A stretch of 35,979 nt of DNA. Origin: a bacterium. GTDB lineage: Bacteria > Zhuqueibacterota > Zhuqueibacteria > Zhuqueibacterales > Zhuqueibacteraceae. The notes beneath the pieces were generated by a model, which was given only the letters and a program-made list of their open reading frames with translations, was not told the origin of the DNA and did not search any database. Position 1 is the stretch's first letter. Each line of letters opens with the position of its first letter. The position numbers and the translations under genes were made by a program. This document shows positions 1 to 8,841 of this stretch, piece after piece. The stretch covers positions 1-35,979 of the forward strand of contig JBIOXB010000089.1 in the NCBI GenBank assembly GCA_044869275.1, in the 5' to 3' direction.

Positions 1-4
1 GGAG

Positions 5-1816
5 ATGACGGATGTCGATATCTATCCGGCCTATCTCGAGGAACTGGCCCGCCTGGGTCTGCGACCGGTGGTGCGTTCGCGCTGGCTGAATGCGGTGAGC
101 ATCATAGCTGGGCGCGAGCATTTACAAATACTGCAAGAGTTGCCATTCGTGGCCGCGGTGCAAGCCGTGGCGCGCTTGCGCATTCCACCGGTTAGCAAAG
201 CGGCGGCGCCCAGTGCGCCGCTGGCAAAGAGCAATGCGTCGCATCGTTTCGCATACGGCGCTTCGCTGGCACAAATGGAACAAATCGGCGCGGCGAATTT
301 ACACGACGCCGGCATCACCGGCAACGGCGTCTTGGTGGGCATGCTGGACTCCGGATTCCGCTGGCAAGATCACGAAGCGTTTGATCGCCTCGCCGTGATC
401 AGTGAATTTGATTTCGTCAAAAACGACCCGGTCACGCGCAATGAGCCGGGCGATCGTAGTGATCAAGATGACCATGGCACGGAAACGCTGTCAACCATCG
501 CGGGGTTCAAGGCAGGCGAGTTGATCGGGCCGGCCTTTGAAGCGCAGTATCTACTGGCGAAAACCGAAAATGTCTCTTCGGAAACACATGCCGAGGAAGA
601 CTTTTGGGCGGCAGCGATCGAATGGATGGAAGCGCAAGGCGTAGACGTCACTTCCACTTCTTTGGGATACAGCACTTTCGACGCCGGCCAGGTGAGTTAC
701 ACTCCCGCGCAGATGGATGGCAAAACCGCCATCATTACCCAAGCCGCTGAAATTGCCGCCAGCAAAGGCGTCATTGTCGTCAATAGCGCCGGCAACGAAG
801 GCAATGACTCCTGGGGCATCATCACCGCGCCGGCCGACGGCCCGAACGTGATTGCCGTCGGCGCGGTGAGCGCAAACGGCGGATTGGTGGGGTTCTCGAG
901 CCGCGGGCCGACGGCCGACGGCCGCCTCAAGCCGGACGTCATGGCCATGGGCACCGGTGTGCGCACCGTGGCTTCCACCACCATATCGGACTATACGTTC
1001 AGCAGTGGCACTTCTTTTTCTTGTCCGCTCGTCGCCGGCGTGGTCGCGCAGATTCTGTCGGCCCATCCGGAATTGACGCCACAACAAATGCTCAATGCCC
1101 TGCACAGCACCGCGGATCGTGCGCAGTCTCCGGACAACGATTTCGGCTTCGGCATCGTCCGTGCACGCGATGCGGTTACGGCTTTCGGCCCGGCATTCAG
1201 CAATGTTCCAGCCGTGAACAACAGTCAAAGCGGGGTGCTGGGCATCACGATTCGCATTCTTTCTCGCGCGGGCGTCGACCCAAACAGTGTGAAAGTGCAC
1301 TATGCCGAGCGCAACAGCAACAACTTCTTCACCGCAGCGCTGGTGCAGGTGGATTCGATTTCTTATTCCGGGCAAATCCCGAAGCCGGTCACGGATACGG
1401 CTTATGTGAAGGTTTATTTTACCGCGACGGACAATGGCTTCGGCAATGTCACCTATCCCAAAGACGCGCCGCAGAACTCCCTGCTGATTCGCACGGACAT
1501 TCGCACGGATCCCGATCCGCAACCTGCGACTTTCGCGCTGCAGCAAAATCTGCCCAATCCTTTCCGTTTCTCGGAAGTGCAGGCCACGACGATCACTTTC
1601 GCGCTCGCGACCCAGGCGCAAGTGCGGTTGCGTGTGTATAATCTGCTGGGCCAACAAGTGCGCGAGCTGGTGAATGCCACGCGGCCGGCGGGCCGTTACA
1701 GCCCACAATGGGATGGCCGCGATGATCGCGGCGCCCTGGTGTCCAGCGGCGTCTATTTTTACGTGCTCGACACGCCGCTGCAAACGCAAATGAAAAAACT
1801 GCTGTTTTTGCGATAA
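5..1816 (+). CDS. Subtilisin-family (S8) serine protease with C-terminal FlgD-Ig/T9SS-type sorting domain; probably 5'-truncated by the window
   Basis: Catalytic triad motifs LDSG, HGT and GTSFSCP; oxyanion SAGNEG; tail QNLPNPF...VYNLLGQQVR...WDGRD...SSGVYFY. No signal peptide, and the frame is open to the window edge. Confidence 0.93.
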   Translation: MTDVDIYPAYLEELARLGLRPVVRSRWLNAVSIIAGREHLQILQELPFVAAVQAVARLRIPPVSKAAAPSAPLAKSNASHRFAYGASLAQMEQIGAANLHDAGITGNGVLVGMLDSGFRWQDHEAFDRLAVISEFDFVKNDPVTRNEPGDRSDQDDHGTETLSTIAGFKAGELIGPAFEAQYLLAKTENVSSETHAEEDFWAAAIEWMEAQGVDVTSTSLGYSTFDAGQVSYTPAQMDGKTAIITQAAEIAASKGVIVVNSAGNEGNDSWGIITAPADGPNVIAVGAVSANGGLVGFSSRGPTADGRLKPDVMAMGTGVRTVASTTISDYTFSSGTSFSCPLVAGVVAQILSAHPELTPQQMLNALHSTADRAQSPDNDFGFGIVRARDAVTAFGPAFSNVPAVNNSQSGVLGITIRILSRAGVDPNSVKVHYAERNSNNFFTAALVQVDSISYSGQIPKPVTDTAYVKVYFTATDNGFGNVTYPKDAPQNSLLIRTDIRTDPDPQPATFALQQNLPNPFRFSEVQATTITFALATQAQVRLRVYNLLGQQVRELVNATRPAGRYSPQWDGRDDRGALVSSGVYFYVLDTPLQTQMKKLLFLR

Positions 1817-1824
1817 GGCGCGCT

Positions 1825-2084
1825 ACGCCATTGTTCTCGTGACTGGAATGGAATGCGCATGAATGCCGCGCCCTCGTGCGTGTGCGCGAGGAATATCAGC
1901 AAGCTAAAACCAGAATGGTGAAGACATTTGTCCTGCAAGCTATGGCCGATATTGCGGAGAAAGATAAGCGTCTGCGACCGGTGATTGTCAAAAAATCAGA
2001 TCCTTGGCGCACACCGGCAGCCCGGCCATGCAAAGCTACGGGCGAAAACTGCTGGCGAAGCTCAAATCAGCACGAAGACATTAA
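1825..2084 (+). pseudogene. Degraded 3' fragment of a small helical (HEAT-like) conserved hypothetical protein gene
   Basis: Reads PLFS*LEWNAHECRALVRVREEYQQAKTRMVKTFVLQAMADIAEKDKRLRPVIVKK. It then shifts frame in the A6 run (1990-1995) into IRSLAHTGSPAMQSYGRKLLAKLKSARRH* (TAA 2082-2084). In-frame TGA at 1840-1842; no start codon or N-terminus. Confidence 0.6.
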
Positions 2085-2101
2085 TAGGCATTGCGCACTC
2101 T

Positions 2102-3022
2102 ATGACTTTGCTGAAACGTTGGCGCAGGCGCCCGCGTGTCGGCCTGGCTCTAGGCGGCGGCGGCGCGCGTGGACTCGCTCATATTGGCGTGCTCAAAGTA
2201 TTGGAGGCGCATGGCATTCCCATTGATCTCATCGCCGGCACGAGCATTGGCGCCCTGATTGGTGCGGCCTACGCGCTCGAACCGGATGCAGAAAAACTGA
2301 AAAATGCTGCCGAAGCCTTCGTGCGCAGCCCGGCGTTTTACGAAAGCGGGCTGACTTTATTCAAAAAGAAAAAACCGGCGGAGAATTTTTTCGCGCAAGT
2401 CGCGGAATATATGAAGGACCGGCTGGTGATCAATCTGGCTTACAGCCGCCTGTCGCTGGTGGGCGGCTGGCGCGCGGCCAAAGCGGTTGACTTCATTTTG
2501 CCGGATAAAACCTTCGCCGATTTGCGTCTGCCATTTGTGTGCGTCGCGACAGATTTGAAAACGGGCAAGGAAGTTACATTTCATAAAGGCAGCTTGCGCG
2601 GCGCGGCGCGAGCCAGCATGTCGATTCCCGGGTTCTTGCCGCCGGTGCGGTCGCGCGACTACTTGTTGATCGACGGCGCCGTGGTCGCGCCCGTGCCGGT
2701 GCAGGCCTGCCGCGAGCTGGGCGCGGAAGTAGTGATCGCCGTTGATGTGGGCCAGAGCGTGAATAACGGAGTCGAAACGGAAAATGTGATCGACGTCATT
2801 TTTCGCGCGAACGCCATCACCAGCCGCAAGCTCACGCATCTGCTGATGGCAGGCGCGGATGTCGCCATTCGCCCGAATGTCGGGGAAACGCATTGGTCGG
2901 AATTTCAACTGCTGCACCCCCTCATCACGGAAGGCCAGCGCGCTGCCGAAGAGCACCTGAAGGCGATTCGTGATTTGATCACGGCCAAATTTTCTTGGCG
3001 GCCACTCCGGTTTCTGAAATAA
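2102..3022 (+). CDS. Patatin-like phospholipase (RssA/NTE type)
   Basis: GGGGARG oxyanion loop, GTSIG nucleophile and DGA motif. ATG 2102 is preferred over TTG 1985 because the upstream part overlaps the pseudogene remnant. Confidence 0.93.
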   Translation: MTLLKRWRRRPRVGLALGGGGARGLAHIGVLKVLEAHGIPIDLIAGTSIGALIGAAYALEPDAEKLKNAAEAFVRSPAFYESGLTLFKKKKPAENFFAQVAEYMKDRLVINLAYSRLSLVGGWRAAKAVDFILPDKTFADLRLPFVCVATDLKTGKEVTFHKGSLRGAARASMSIPGFLPPVRSRDYLLIDGAVVAPVPVQACRELGAEVVIAVDVGQSVNNGVETENVIDVIFRANAITSRKLTHLLMAGADVAIRPNVGETHWSEFQLLHPLITEGQRAAEEHLKAIRDLITAKFSWRPLRFLK

Positions 3023-3135
3023 GACAGTCTCTTCATCTGCCTCCGCAGTTGCCCGCGGGAGAGAGTAAATAAATCGCGTGGCATGCAACGGAGTTTGTAG
3101 AAGTCAATGGCGGTATCAAAGATGCGACAAAACAG

Positions 3136-3164
3136 TTGATTCTTTGTCCGCGCGCGCCTATATT
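3136..3164 (+). promoter_or_regulatory. Putative sigma70 promoter upstream of the PTS IIA gene
   Basis: TTGATT (3136-3141), 17-bp spacer, TATATT (3159-3164), inside a 359-bp intergenic gap. Confidence 0.5.
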
Positions 3165-3381
3165 GACCTCAGCGAAAATCGGTTCTAAAACTACCCATAC
3201 AGTTTCAGAGATTAAAGCTGCAGCGCATTGCCAGCAGCTCGACAACTTGATCACCCAAGGAGGAAAAAAAACTCAACCCGCTCACAGCGCGTTGATCATT
3301 TCAGGAGCAGAGGAGAGAATGGATCGCGCCTCAGAGAGAAGGAAAGTCTAGGATGGTGAGGTCTTACCGGCATCGACTAAA

Positions 3382-3867
3382 ATGGACTTTGGAGTTTTCT
3401 CTGTGCAACTGTCCGATTACTTATCCGAGAATTTGATCATTCTCGATTTGCAGGCCCAAAACAAGGCGGAGGCTTTCCACCAGATGGTCTCCAGCCTGGC
3501 TGCAAGCAAACTGATCGCCGACCCCGCGGCATTTCTCGAAGAAGTACTGGCGCGCGAGGCGATCGAGCCGACTTCCATCGGCCGAGGGGTCGCGCTGCCG
3601 CACACGCGCACCCGCAGCGTGCGCCGGCCGGTGATCGTCTTCGCGCGCGCGCAGCACGGCATCCCATTCACAGCGAATCACGCAGACCCGGTACAGCTCA
3701 TTTTTATGATGGGCACGCCCAAAGACGAGGCCAACCTGTACCTACAAATTCTCGCACGCCTGTGCCGCCTCTTACGCCGCAACGAATTCCGCGACCGCCT
3801 GCTCACCGCCTCCACGCCCCAAGAAATCCTCAAGTTGTTCAGCACTTTTGATTCACATCTCAACTAA
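3382..3867 (+). CDS. PTS IIA-domain protein (fructose/mannitol or nitrogen-regulatory PtsN-like)
   Basis: REAIEPTSIGRGVALPHTR with the phosphorylatable His; LQILARLCRLL helix; stand-alone 161 aa. Confidence 0.9.
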   Translation: MDFGVFSVQLSDYLSENLIILDLQAQNKAEAFHQMVSSLAASKLIADPAAFLEEVLAREAIEPTSIGRGVALPHTRTRSVRRPVIVFARAQHGIPFTANHADPVQLIFMMGTPKDEANLYLQILARLCRLLRRNEFRDRLLTASTPQEILKLFSTFDSHLN

Positions 3868-3998
3868 AACCTCCGAAATCGAAAGTTTGGCCACCCGCTT
3901 ACCGCCGGCAGTTCTTGCTTTGACAAACATGGCCGCCTGTTGTTTACCGGGTTCCGGCTGAGCGTTGGTCCGCTGATGATTGAAAAACGGATTGCCCC

Positions 3999-5036
3999 AT
4001 GCCTGATCAAGCCGCACACAACCGCTGGCGCGACCTGCAAGCCAGACTCCAACATCCCGACCATCACTGGAAGATCTATATTTTGACCGGGATCATCATT
4101 TATCTTGTTCTCATCAACCAAGTTATCCACCTCCGGCCGGATCACGTTTTTTTGGCGCTGGTGCTTTTTTCCTTTGTGCTGGGCAAACAGCGCGCGAAAC
4201 GCTTTTTGATCGACTGGCTGCCCTTCATTGCGTTTTGGGTGGCTTATGACATGATGCGCGGAGTGGCGGATTCCGTGCGCGGCACCATCAACGTTGCCTC
4301 GCCCTATCGCCTGGAATTGTGGCTTTGCAGCCGCATGCCCGGCCTCACCATGCCGCCATTTGACCTGCAAATCCTGCGGCAACAGCCGTGGTGGCAGCCG
4401 CTGAAATCTCCGATCGATTCGATTTGCGGCTTTTTTTATTTGTTGCATTTCGTCATTCCGATCGTGCTGGGCTGGATTTTCTGGCATACCACCAATGACC
4501 GGCCGCTGTTTTACAAACTGACCTACACGCTCACCGTTTTGAATTTTTGCGCGCTGGTCACGTTCATGATCTACCCCACCGCGCCGCCGTGGTACGTTTA
4601 CAACTATGGCTTTGTCCAGCCCGAACCGAATTCGAGTTTTTGGGGCACGAGCGCGGGCAGCATGATCGATCTCGATCGCTTGCTCGGCGTTTCGTTCTTC
4701 ACCACGTTATGGGACTCTTTCAATTCCAATCACTTTGCCGCGATTCCTTCGTTGCACGGCGCGTATCCGGTGGTGCTTTCTTTTTTCGCCTACAAAAAAT
4801 TTCGCCGCGGCGGACCGGGGCTGGCGTTGTACCCGCTGGCCGTCTGGTTCGCTGCCGTGAGCTTGAACCAACACTATGTTGTTGATTTGATCATCGGCGT
4901 GCTTTACATTCTGCCGGCTTATCTGTTCGTCGAACACGTTCTCTATCCCGGTTTGTTCGCGCGTTTCATCGCAGCACAGGAACCTGCACCCGGTTCCGCG
5001 GCGAGGAAGCACGCGGGCAGCGCTGCTGCTTCCTGA
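3999..5036 (+). CDS. AUR1/inositol-phosphorylceramide-synthase-like PAP2-superfamily membrane protein (PAP2_3)
   Basis: Multiple hydrophobic helices; motifs YPTAPPWY, AAIPSLHGAY and NQHYVVDLIIG (catalytic His, His, Asp). Confidence 0.85.
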   Translation: MPDQAAHNRWRDLQARLQHPDHHWKIYILTGIIIYLVLINQVIHLRPDHVFLALVLFSFVLGKQRAKRFLIDWLPFIAFWVAYDMMRGVADSVRGTINVASPYRLELWLCSRMPGLTMPPFDLQILRQQPWWQPLKSPIDSICGFFYLLHFVIPIVLGWIFWHTTNDRPLFYKLTYTLTVLNFCALVTFMIYPTAPPWYVYNYGFVQPEPNSSFWGTSAGSMIDLDRLLGVSFFTTLWDSFNSNHFAAIPSLHGAYPVVLSFFAYKKFRRGGPGLALYPLAVWFAAVSLNQHYVVDLIIGVLYILPAYLFVEHVLYPGLFARFIAAQEPAPGSAARKHAGSAAAS

Positions 5037-5093
5037 TCACGACAAAGTACTTGAGCCCAACTTCCATTACCTCTCCAGAGGAGGAGCAAAATT

Positions 5094-6086
5094 ATGATTC
5101 GCAGCCGCATCATCAGCACCGGGCGATATGTGCCGGAGAACGTCGTCACCAATCATGACATGATGAAAATGGTGCCCACCACGGACGCATGGATTCGCGA
5201 ACGCAGCGGCATCGAGCAGCGGCATTTCGTAACGGAGGAAGTTGGGGTCTCGGATCTCGGCTATGCCGCAGCAAAAATCGCCCTGGCGCGCGCGGGCCTG
5301 CAACCCGCGGATATTGACTTCATCGTCTTCGCTACCCTCAGTCCGGATTACATGTTCCCCGGCTCCGGCTGTCTTCTGCAAAAATTGCTCGGCGTGTCCG
5401 GGATCGGCGCGCTGGATGTGCGCACACAATGCACGGGGTTCGTTTACAGCCTGGCGGTTGCCGATGCTTTTATTCGCTGCGGCACCTACAAACGCGTGCT
5501 CGTGGTCGGTGCGGAAGTCCACTCGACTGGCTTGGAATTCAACGAGCGTGGCCGGCACATCGCCGTGTTGTTCGGCGACGGCGCCGGCGCCGCCATTCTG
5601 GAAGCCTGTGAAGATGGCCGCGGCGTGCTCTCCACTCATCTGCATGCTGACGGCCGTTACGCGCAGGAATTATGGGCGGAAAACCCCGGCAGCCGCCATA
5701 TTCCACGGCTCTATCCGGACATGCTCGAGGATGGGTCGTGCTATCCGCAAATGAACGGCCGCGAAGTTTTCAAGCACGCCGTCACCAGGTTTCCGCAGGT
5801 GATTCATGAAGCCCTCGAGGCGAACGGGCTCACGCTGAAAGATATCAGCCTGCTCATCCCACATCAAGCCAATTTGCGCATCACTGAAGCCGTGGCGCAG
5901 CGCCTGGAATTGCCGCCGGAGAAAGTGGTGAGCAATATTCAGCGCTACGGCAACACCACGGCCGCGTCGATTCCCATTGCGCTGGACGAAGCACTGGAGC
6001 AAGGCCGGATCAAAACCGGCGATCTGGTGATTCTCGCTTCTTTCGGCAGCGGTTTTACCTGGGCGAGCGCGGCGATCAGGTGGTAG
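5094..6086 (+). CDS. fabH: 3-oxoacyl-ACP synthase III
   Basis: WIRERSGI, QCTGF (Cys), FGDGAGA, PHQAN (His), GNTTAAS (Asn) and FGSGFTW; RBS GAGGAG upstream. Confidence 0.95.
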   Translation: MIRSRIISTGRYVPENVVTNHDMMKMVPTTDAWIRERSGIEQRHFVTEEVGVSDLGYAAAKIALARAGLQPADIDFIVFATLSPDYMFPGSGCLLQKLLGVSGIGALDVRTQCTGFVYSLAVADAFIRCGTYKRVLVVGAEVHSTGLEFNERGRHIAVLFGDGAGAAILEACEDGRGVLSTHLHADGRYAQELWAENPGSRHIPRLYPDMLEDGSCYPQMNGREVFKHAVTRFPQVIHEALEANGLTLKDISLLIPHQANLRITEAVAQRLELPPEKVVSNIQRYGNTTAASIPIALDEALEQGRIKTGDLVILASFGSGFTWASAAIRW

Positions 6087-6093
6087 GTATTGT

Positions 6094-6206
6094 GATTGAA
6101 AATAGATGATCGAAGATCGAAGGCCGTAGATCGTTGATTGTGGCGCGTCCCTTGTAACGGCGACCGCTCATATCTCTACCCGATCTTCAATTCTCGATCT
6201 TCGATA
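6094..6206. repeat. Degenerate heptamer (GATCGAA-like) tandem repeats arranged as an inverted pair
   Basis: GATTGAA-AATAGAT-GATCGAA-GATCGAA-GGCCGTA-GATCGTT (6094-6135) faces CCCGATC-TTCAATT-CTCGATC-TTCGATA (6179-6206). Confidence 0.6.
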
Positions 6207-6226
6207 TTCTCTCGTAAAGATTTAGC

Positions 6227-6249
6227 GAATCCCGACTTATTCGGGATTC
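6227..6249. repeat. REP-like palindrome of the ATCCCG...CGGGAT family
   Basis: GAATCCCGA-cttat-TCGGGATTC, a perfect 9-bp stem; related cores at 24851-24882 and 32885-32902. Confidence 0.7.
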
Positions 6250-6265
6250 AAACCGGCGAGAAAAA

Positions 6266-6340
6266 TCGCCCACGGAAGTAGAACTCCCACGGAAGTATTT
6301 CTTGAGATCGATTCCGTGGGAGTTCAATTTCCATGGGCGA
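6266..6340. repeat. Long inverted repeat (REPIN/MITE-like), 29-bp arms
   Basis: TCGCCCACGGAAGTAGAACTCCCACGGAA (6266-6294) and TTCCGTGGGAGTTCAATTTCCATGGGCGA (6312-6340) pair at 26 of 29 positions. Each arm has an internal CCCACGGAA duplication. Confidence 0.8.
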
Positions 6341-6404
6341 AAAACCTGCTCTGTTTGCCAGGGTTTTCAGTGTTCAAAATTTTCAACTCATTCGTGATTG
6401 AAAA

Positions 6405-7571
6405 ATGCGTCTCGCTTACTTTGACTGTATCGCCGGCGCCAGCGGCGACATGATTCTGGGCGCGCTGGTGGATGCCGGTGTGCCTCTAGAGCATTTGCGG
6501 CAAACCGCCGCCGCCCTGCAGATTCCGGACTTGCACCTCAGCGCGGCAAAAGTCAAGCGCAATGACATATCTGCCACCAAGGTGCAGGTTGCTTTTCCGC
6601 CTGAGAAGAAGCATCGGCATTTGCATCACGTTCAAAAGATTATCGATGCGGCCTTGCTTACTGAGGCCGTCCGGGAGAACGCGAATCAAGTTTTTAAGCG
6701 CCTCGCCGTTGCCGAGGCCAAAGTGCATGACACGACTCCGGAAAAAATTCACTTTCATGAAGTCGGCGCCGTGGATGCCATTGCAGACGTCGTTTGCGCC
6801 TTGGCCGGATTGCACTATTTGCAGATCGAAAAAATCTTTGTTTCAAGTTTTCCTCTGGGCGGTGGCACGGTCAGTTGCGAGCACGGCGTCATGCCCGTCC
6901 CGGCGCCGGCCACCGCGGAGTTGATACAGGGCTTTCCGGCGCATCCCGGGCCCGTCGATTTTGAATTGCTTACGCCCACCGGCGCGGCGATTCTCACCAC
7001 CCTGGCATCACCCTATGACCATGGCGACTTTGAGATCCAGAAAATCGGCTACGGCGCGGGCGGGCGCGAATTCCCAACCGTGCCCAACCTGTTGCGTTTG
7101 TTCGTGGGTGAAAGAGCAACCGGCGCGCAAGGCGACGGCGTCACCATGATCGAAACCAACATCGACGACATGAACCCGGAAATCTTTCCGTTCGTGATCG
7201 AGCGCTTGCTGGAAAGCGGCGCGCACGATGCGTTCCTCTGCCCGATCATCATGAAAAAAGGCCGGCCCGGCATCATGTTATCGGTGTTGTCGCCCGCGCA
7301 AAAAATCGACGACCTGCTCAGTGTGATTTACACCGAGACCACGACGCTGGGTGTGCGCTTGCTGCCGGTGGACCGGCGCAAATTGCATCGCTGGCAGGAA
7401 AAGCGCATGACTTCATTGGGCGAGATCCGGGTCAAAATCGCGGAATGGGGTGACCGCAGGTCTTTCTCGCCGGAATTCGAAGAATGCCAACGCCTGGCGC
7501 GCGCACACGGTTTGCCGCTGCGCGAGGTTTATGAGCGCGTGCGGCAAGAACTGCATGCGATTCTGAAATGA
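6405..7571 (+). CDS. larC: Nickel pincer cofactor biosynthesis protein LarC (nickel insertase)
   Basis: DCIAGASGDMILGAL, HRHLHH, HFHEVGAVD, PVPAPAT, TPTGAAI, ETNIDDMNPE, MKKGRPG and PEFEEC; one uninterrupted ORF. Confidence 0.93.
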   Translation: MRLAYFDCIAGASGDMILGALVDAGVPLEHLRQTAAALQIPDLHLSAAKVKRNDISATKVQVAFPPEKKHRHLHHVQKIIDAALLTEAVRENANQVFKRLAVAEAKVHDTTPEKIHFHEVGAVDAIADVVCALAGLHYLQIEKIFVSSFPLGGGTVSCEHGVMPVPAPATAELIQGFPAHPGPVDFELLTPTGAAILTTLASPYDHGDFEIQKIGYGAGGREFPTVPNLLRLFVGERATGAQGDGVTMIETNIDDMNPEIFPFVIERLLESGAHDAFLCPIIMKKGRPGIMLSVLSPAQKIDDLLSVIYTETTTLGVRLLPVDRRKLHRWQEKRMTSLGEIRVKIAEWGDRRSFSPEFEECQRLARAHGLPLREVYERVRQELHAILK

Positions 7572-7602
7572 TTCATCCCTTCTGCAGAACGCAATATCTC
7601 AT

Positions 7603-8841
7603 ATGCCGAATTTAATGCCTCGCTCTGCAATCGTCACATTATTCACGCTGGAATTATTTCTCGCGCATGCGACCTGCTCCGCGGCGGCCATCATGGCTTC
7701 ACCGGCAGCCCCTCGTGAAAGCCATCTCTCGCGCGCCGGTTTTGACACTTCAGGCTTGGACAGCGTGCGTATCTTGATGCAAACCGCCGTGCGCGATTCT
7801 GTTTTCCCCGGCGCCGTGTTGCTCGTCTCCAGCCAGGGGGCCGTCGCCATGCACGAGGCGTTCGGTAAATTCGGATATGAAGAATTTGACCATCCCATGC
7901 CACGCGACGCCATTTTTGACATGGCGTCTTTGACCAAAGTCGTCGCCACCACTACGGCGTGCATGCTGATGGAGGAAAAAGGGTTGTTGGATTTGAACGG
8001 GCCCGTGCAGAACTATTTTCCTGATTTCACCGGCGCGAACAAAGGCCAAGTCACGATCAGGCATTTGCTCACGCATTCTTCGGGTTTGCCCGCCTATCGC
8101 AAATATTTCTTGGAAGACAAATCGCCCGCCGAAATTGTGGCCGCGATCTTGCAGGAAGAGCTGGCGTATGCGCCCGGCACCCAAACCGTCTATTCCGATT
8201 TGGGCATTATTCTGTTGGGCAAGATCCTCGAACGTATTTCCAACAAAAAGCTCGACGCGCTCTGCCGCGATGAAATTTTCGAGCCTTTGCATATGCAACA
8301 CACGCGCTACAATCCGCCGGCCAATTGGCGCAGTCGCATTCCACCCACGGAAGCAGAGACCTGGCCCGCCGGCAAGCGCGGAAAGTTCGTGCACGGCGTG
8401 GTGCACGATGAAAATGCCTTCGCCCTCGGCGGCGTTTCCGCGCATGCGGGGCTTTTTTCTACGGCCGGCGATCTCGCTATTTTCATGCAGATGTTGCTGC
8501 AGGGCGGCAGCGTCAACGAAACGAAACTGCTCAAACGCGAAACCATCGCACGATTCACGCAACGTCAGGAATTGCCGCCGGGCAGCAGTCGCGCTTTGGG
8601 GTGGGACACGGCCGACGGCAAAAACTCAGCGGGCAAACTCATGAGCGCTTCTGCTTTCGGCCACACCGGCTTCACCGGCACTTCGATTTGGGCGGATCCC
8701 GCGCGTGGCTTGTTCGTCATTTTGCTTTCGAACCGCGTGCATCCGACGCGCGAGAACAAGTGTATTTTGTCTTTCCGGGCGCAATTGCATGACGCCGTCG
8801 TGCGCGCGCTTGACAGGTCGCATGTTCAATCAACAAAATAA
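7603..8841 (+). CDS. Serine hydrolase of the beta-lactamase class C/esterase fold, probably exported
   Basis: SLTK (SxxK), YSD, LLTHSSGL, GVVHDENA and GHTGFTG; hydrophobic N-terminus. Confidence 0.9.
   Translation: MPNLMPRSAIVTLFTLELFLAHATCSAAAIMASPAAPRESHLSRAGFDTSGLDSVRILMQTAVRDSVFPGAVLLVSSQGAVAMHEAFGKFGYEEFDHPMPRDAIFDMASLTKVVATTTACMLMEEKGLLDLNGPVQNYFPDFTGANKGQVTIRHLLTHSSGLPAYRKYFLEDKSPAEIVAAILQEELAYAPGTQTVYSDLGIILLGKILERISNKKLDALCRDEIFEPLHMQHTRYNPPANWRSRIPPTEAETWPAGKRGKFVHGVVHDENAFALGGVSAHAGLFSTAGDLAIFMQMLLQGGSVNETKLLKRETIARFTQRQELPPGSSRALGWDTADGKNSAGKLMSASAFGHTGFTGTSIWADPARGLFVILLSNRVHPTRENKCILSFRAQLHDAVVRALDRSHVQSTK

Noticed and set aside
551..1789. Long antisense or alternate-frame ORFs (this one, and also 16828-17910, 20413-21390, 21448-22362, 27231-28157, 28268-29602)
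   Set aside because: They are shadows of well-supported genes in GC-rich DNA and have no recognisable motifs.
3023..3381. Riboswitch or sRNA in the long leader of the PTS IIA gene
   Set aside because: I could not recognise any family consensus or convincing structure. An Rfam scan would be needed.
6094..6367. Repeats as a CRISPR array
   Set aside because: The repeats are inverted or tandem without regular unique spacers, and there are no cas genes.
6405..7571. Programmed frameshift in larC, or a complete lar operon
   Set aside because: larC is a single intact ORF, and larA/B/E are absent from the window. Dispersed lar genes are common.
7603..8841. Antibiotic-resistance beta-lactamase
   Set aside because: The motifs (YSD, GVVHDENA, HTG) fit the broad esterase/peptidoglycan-hydrolase branch, and nothing supports true AmpC activity.
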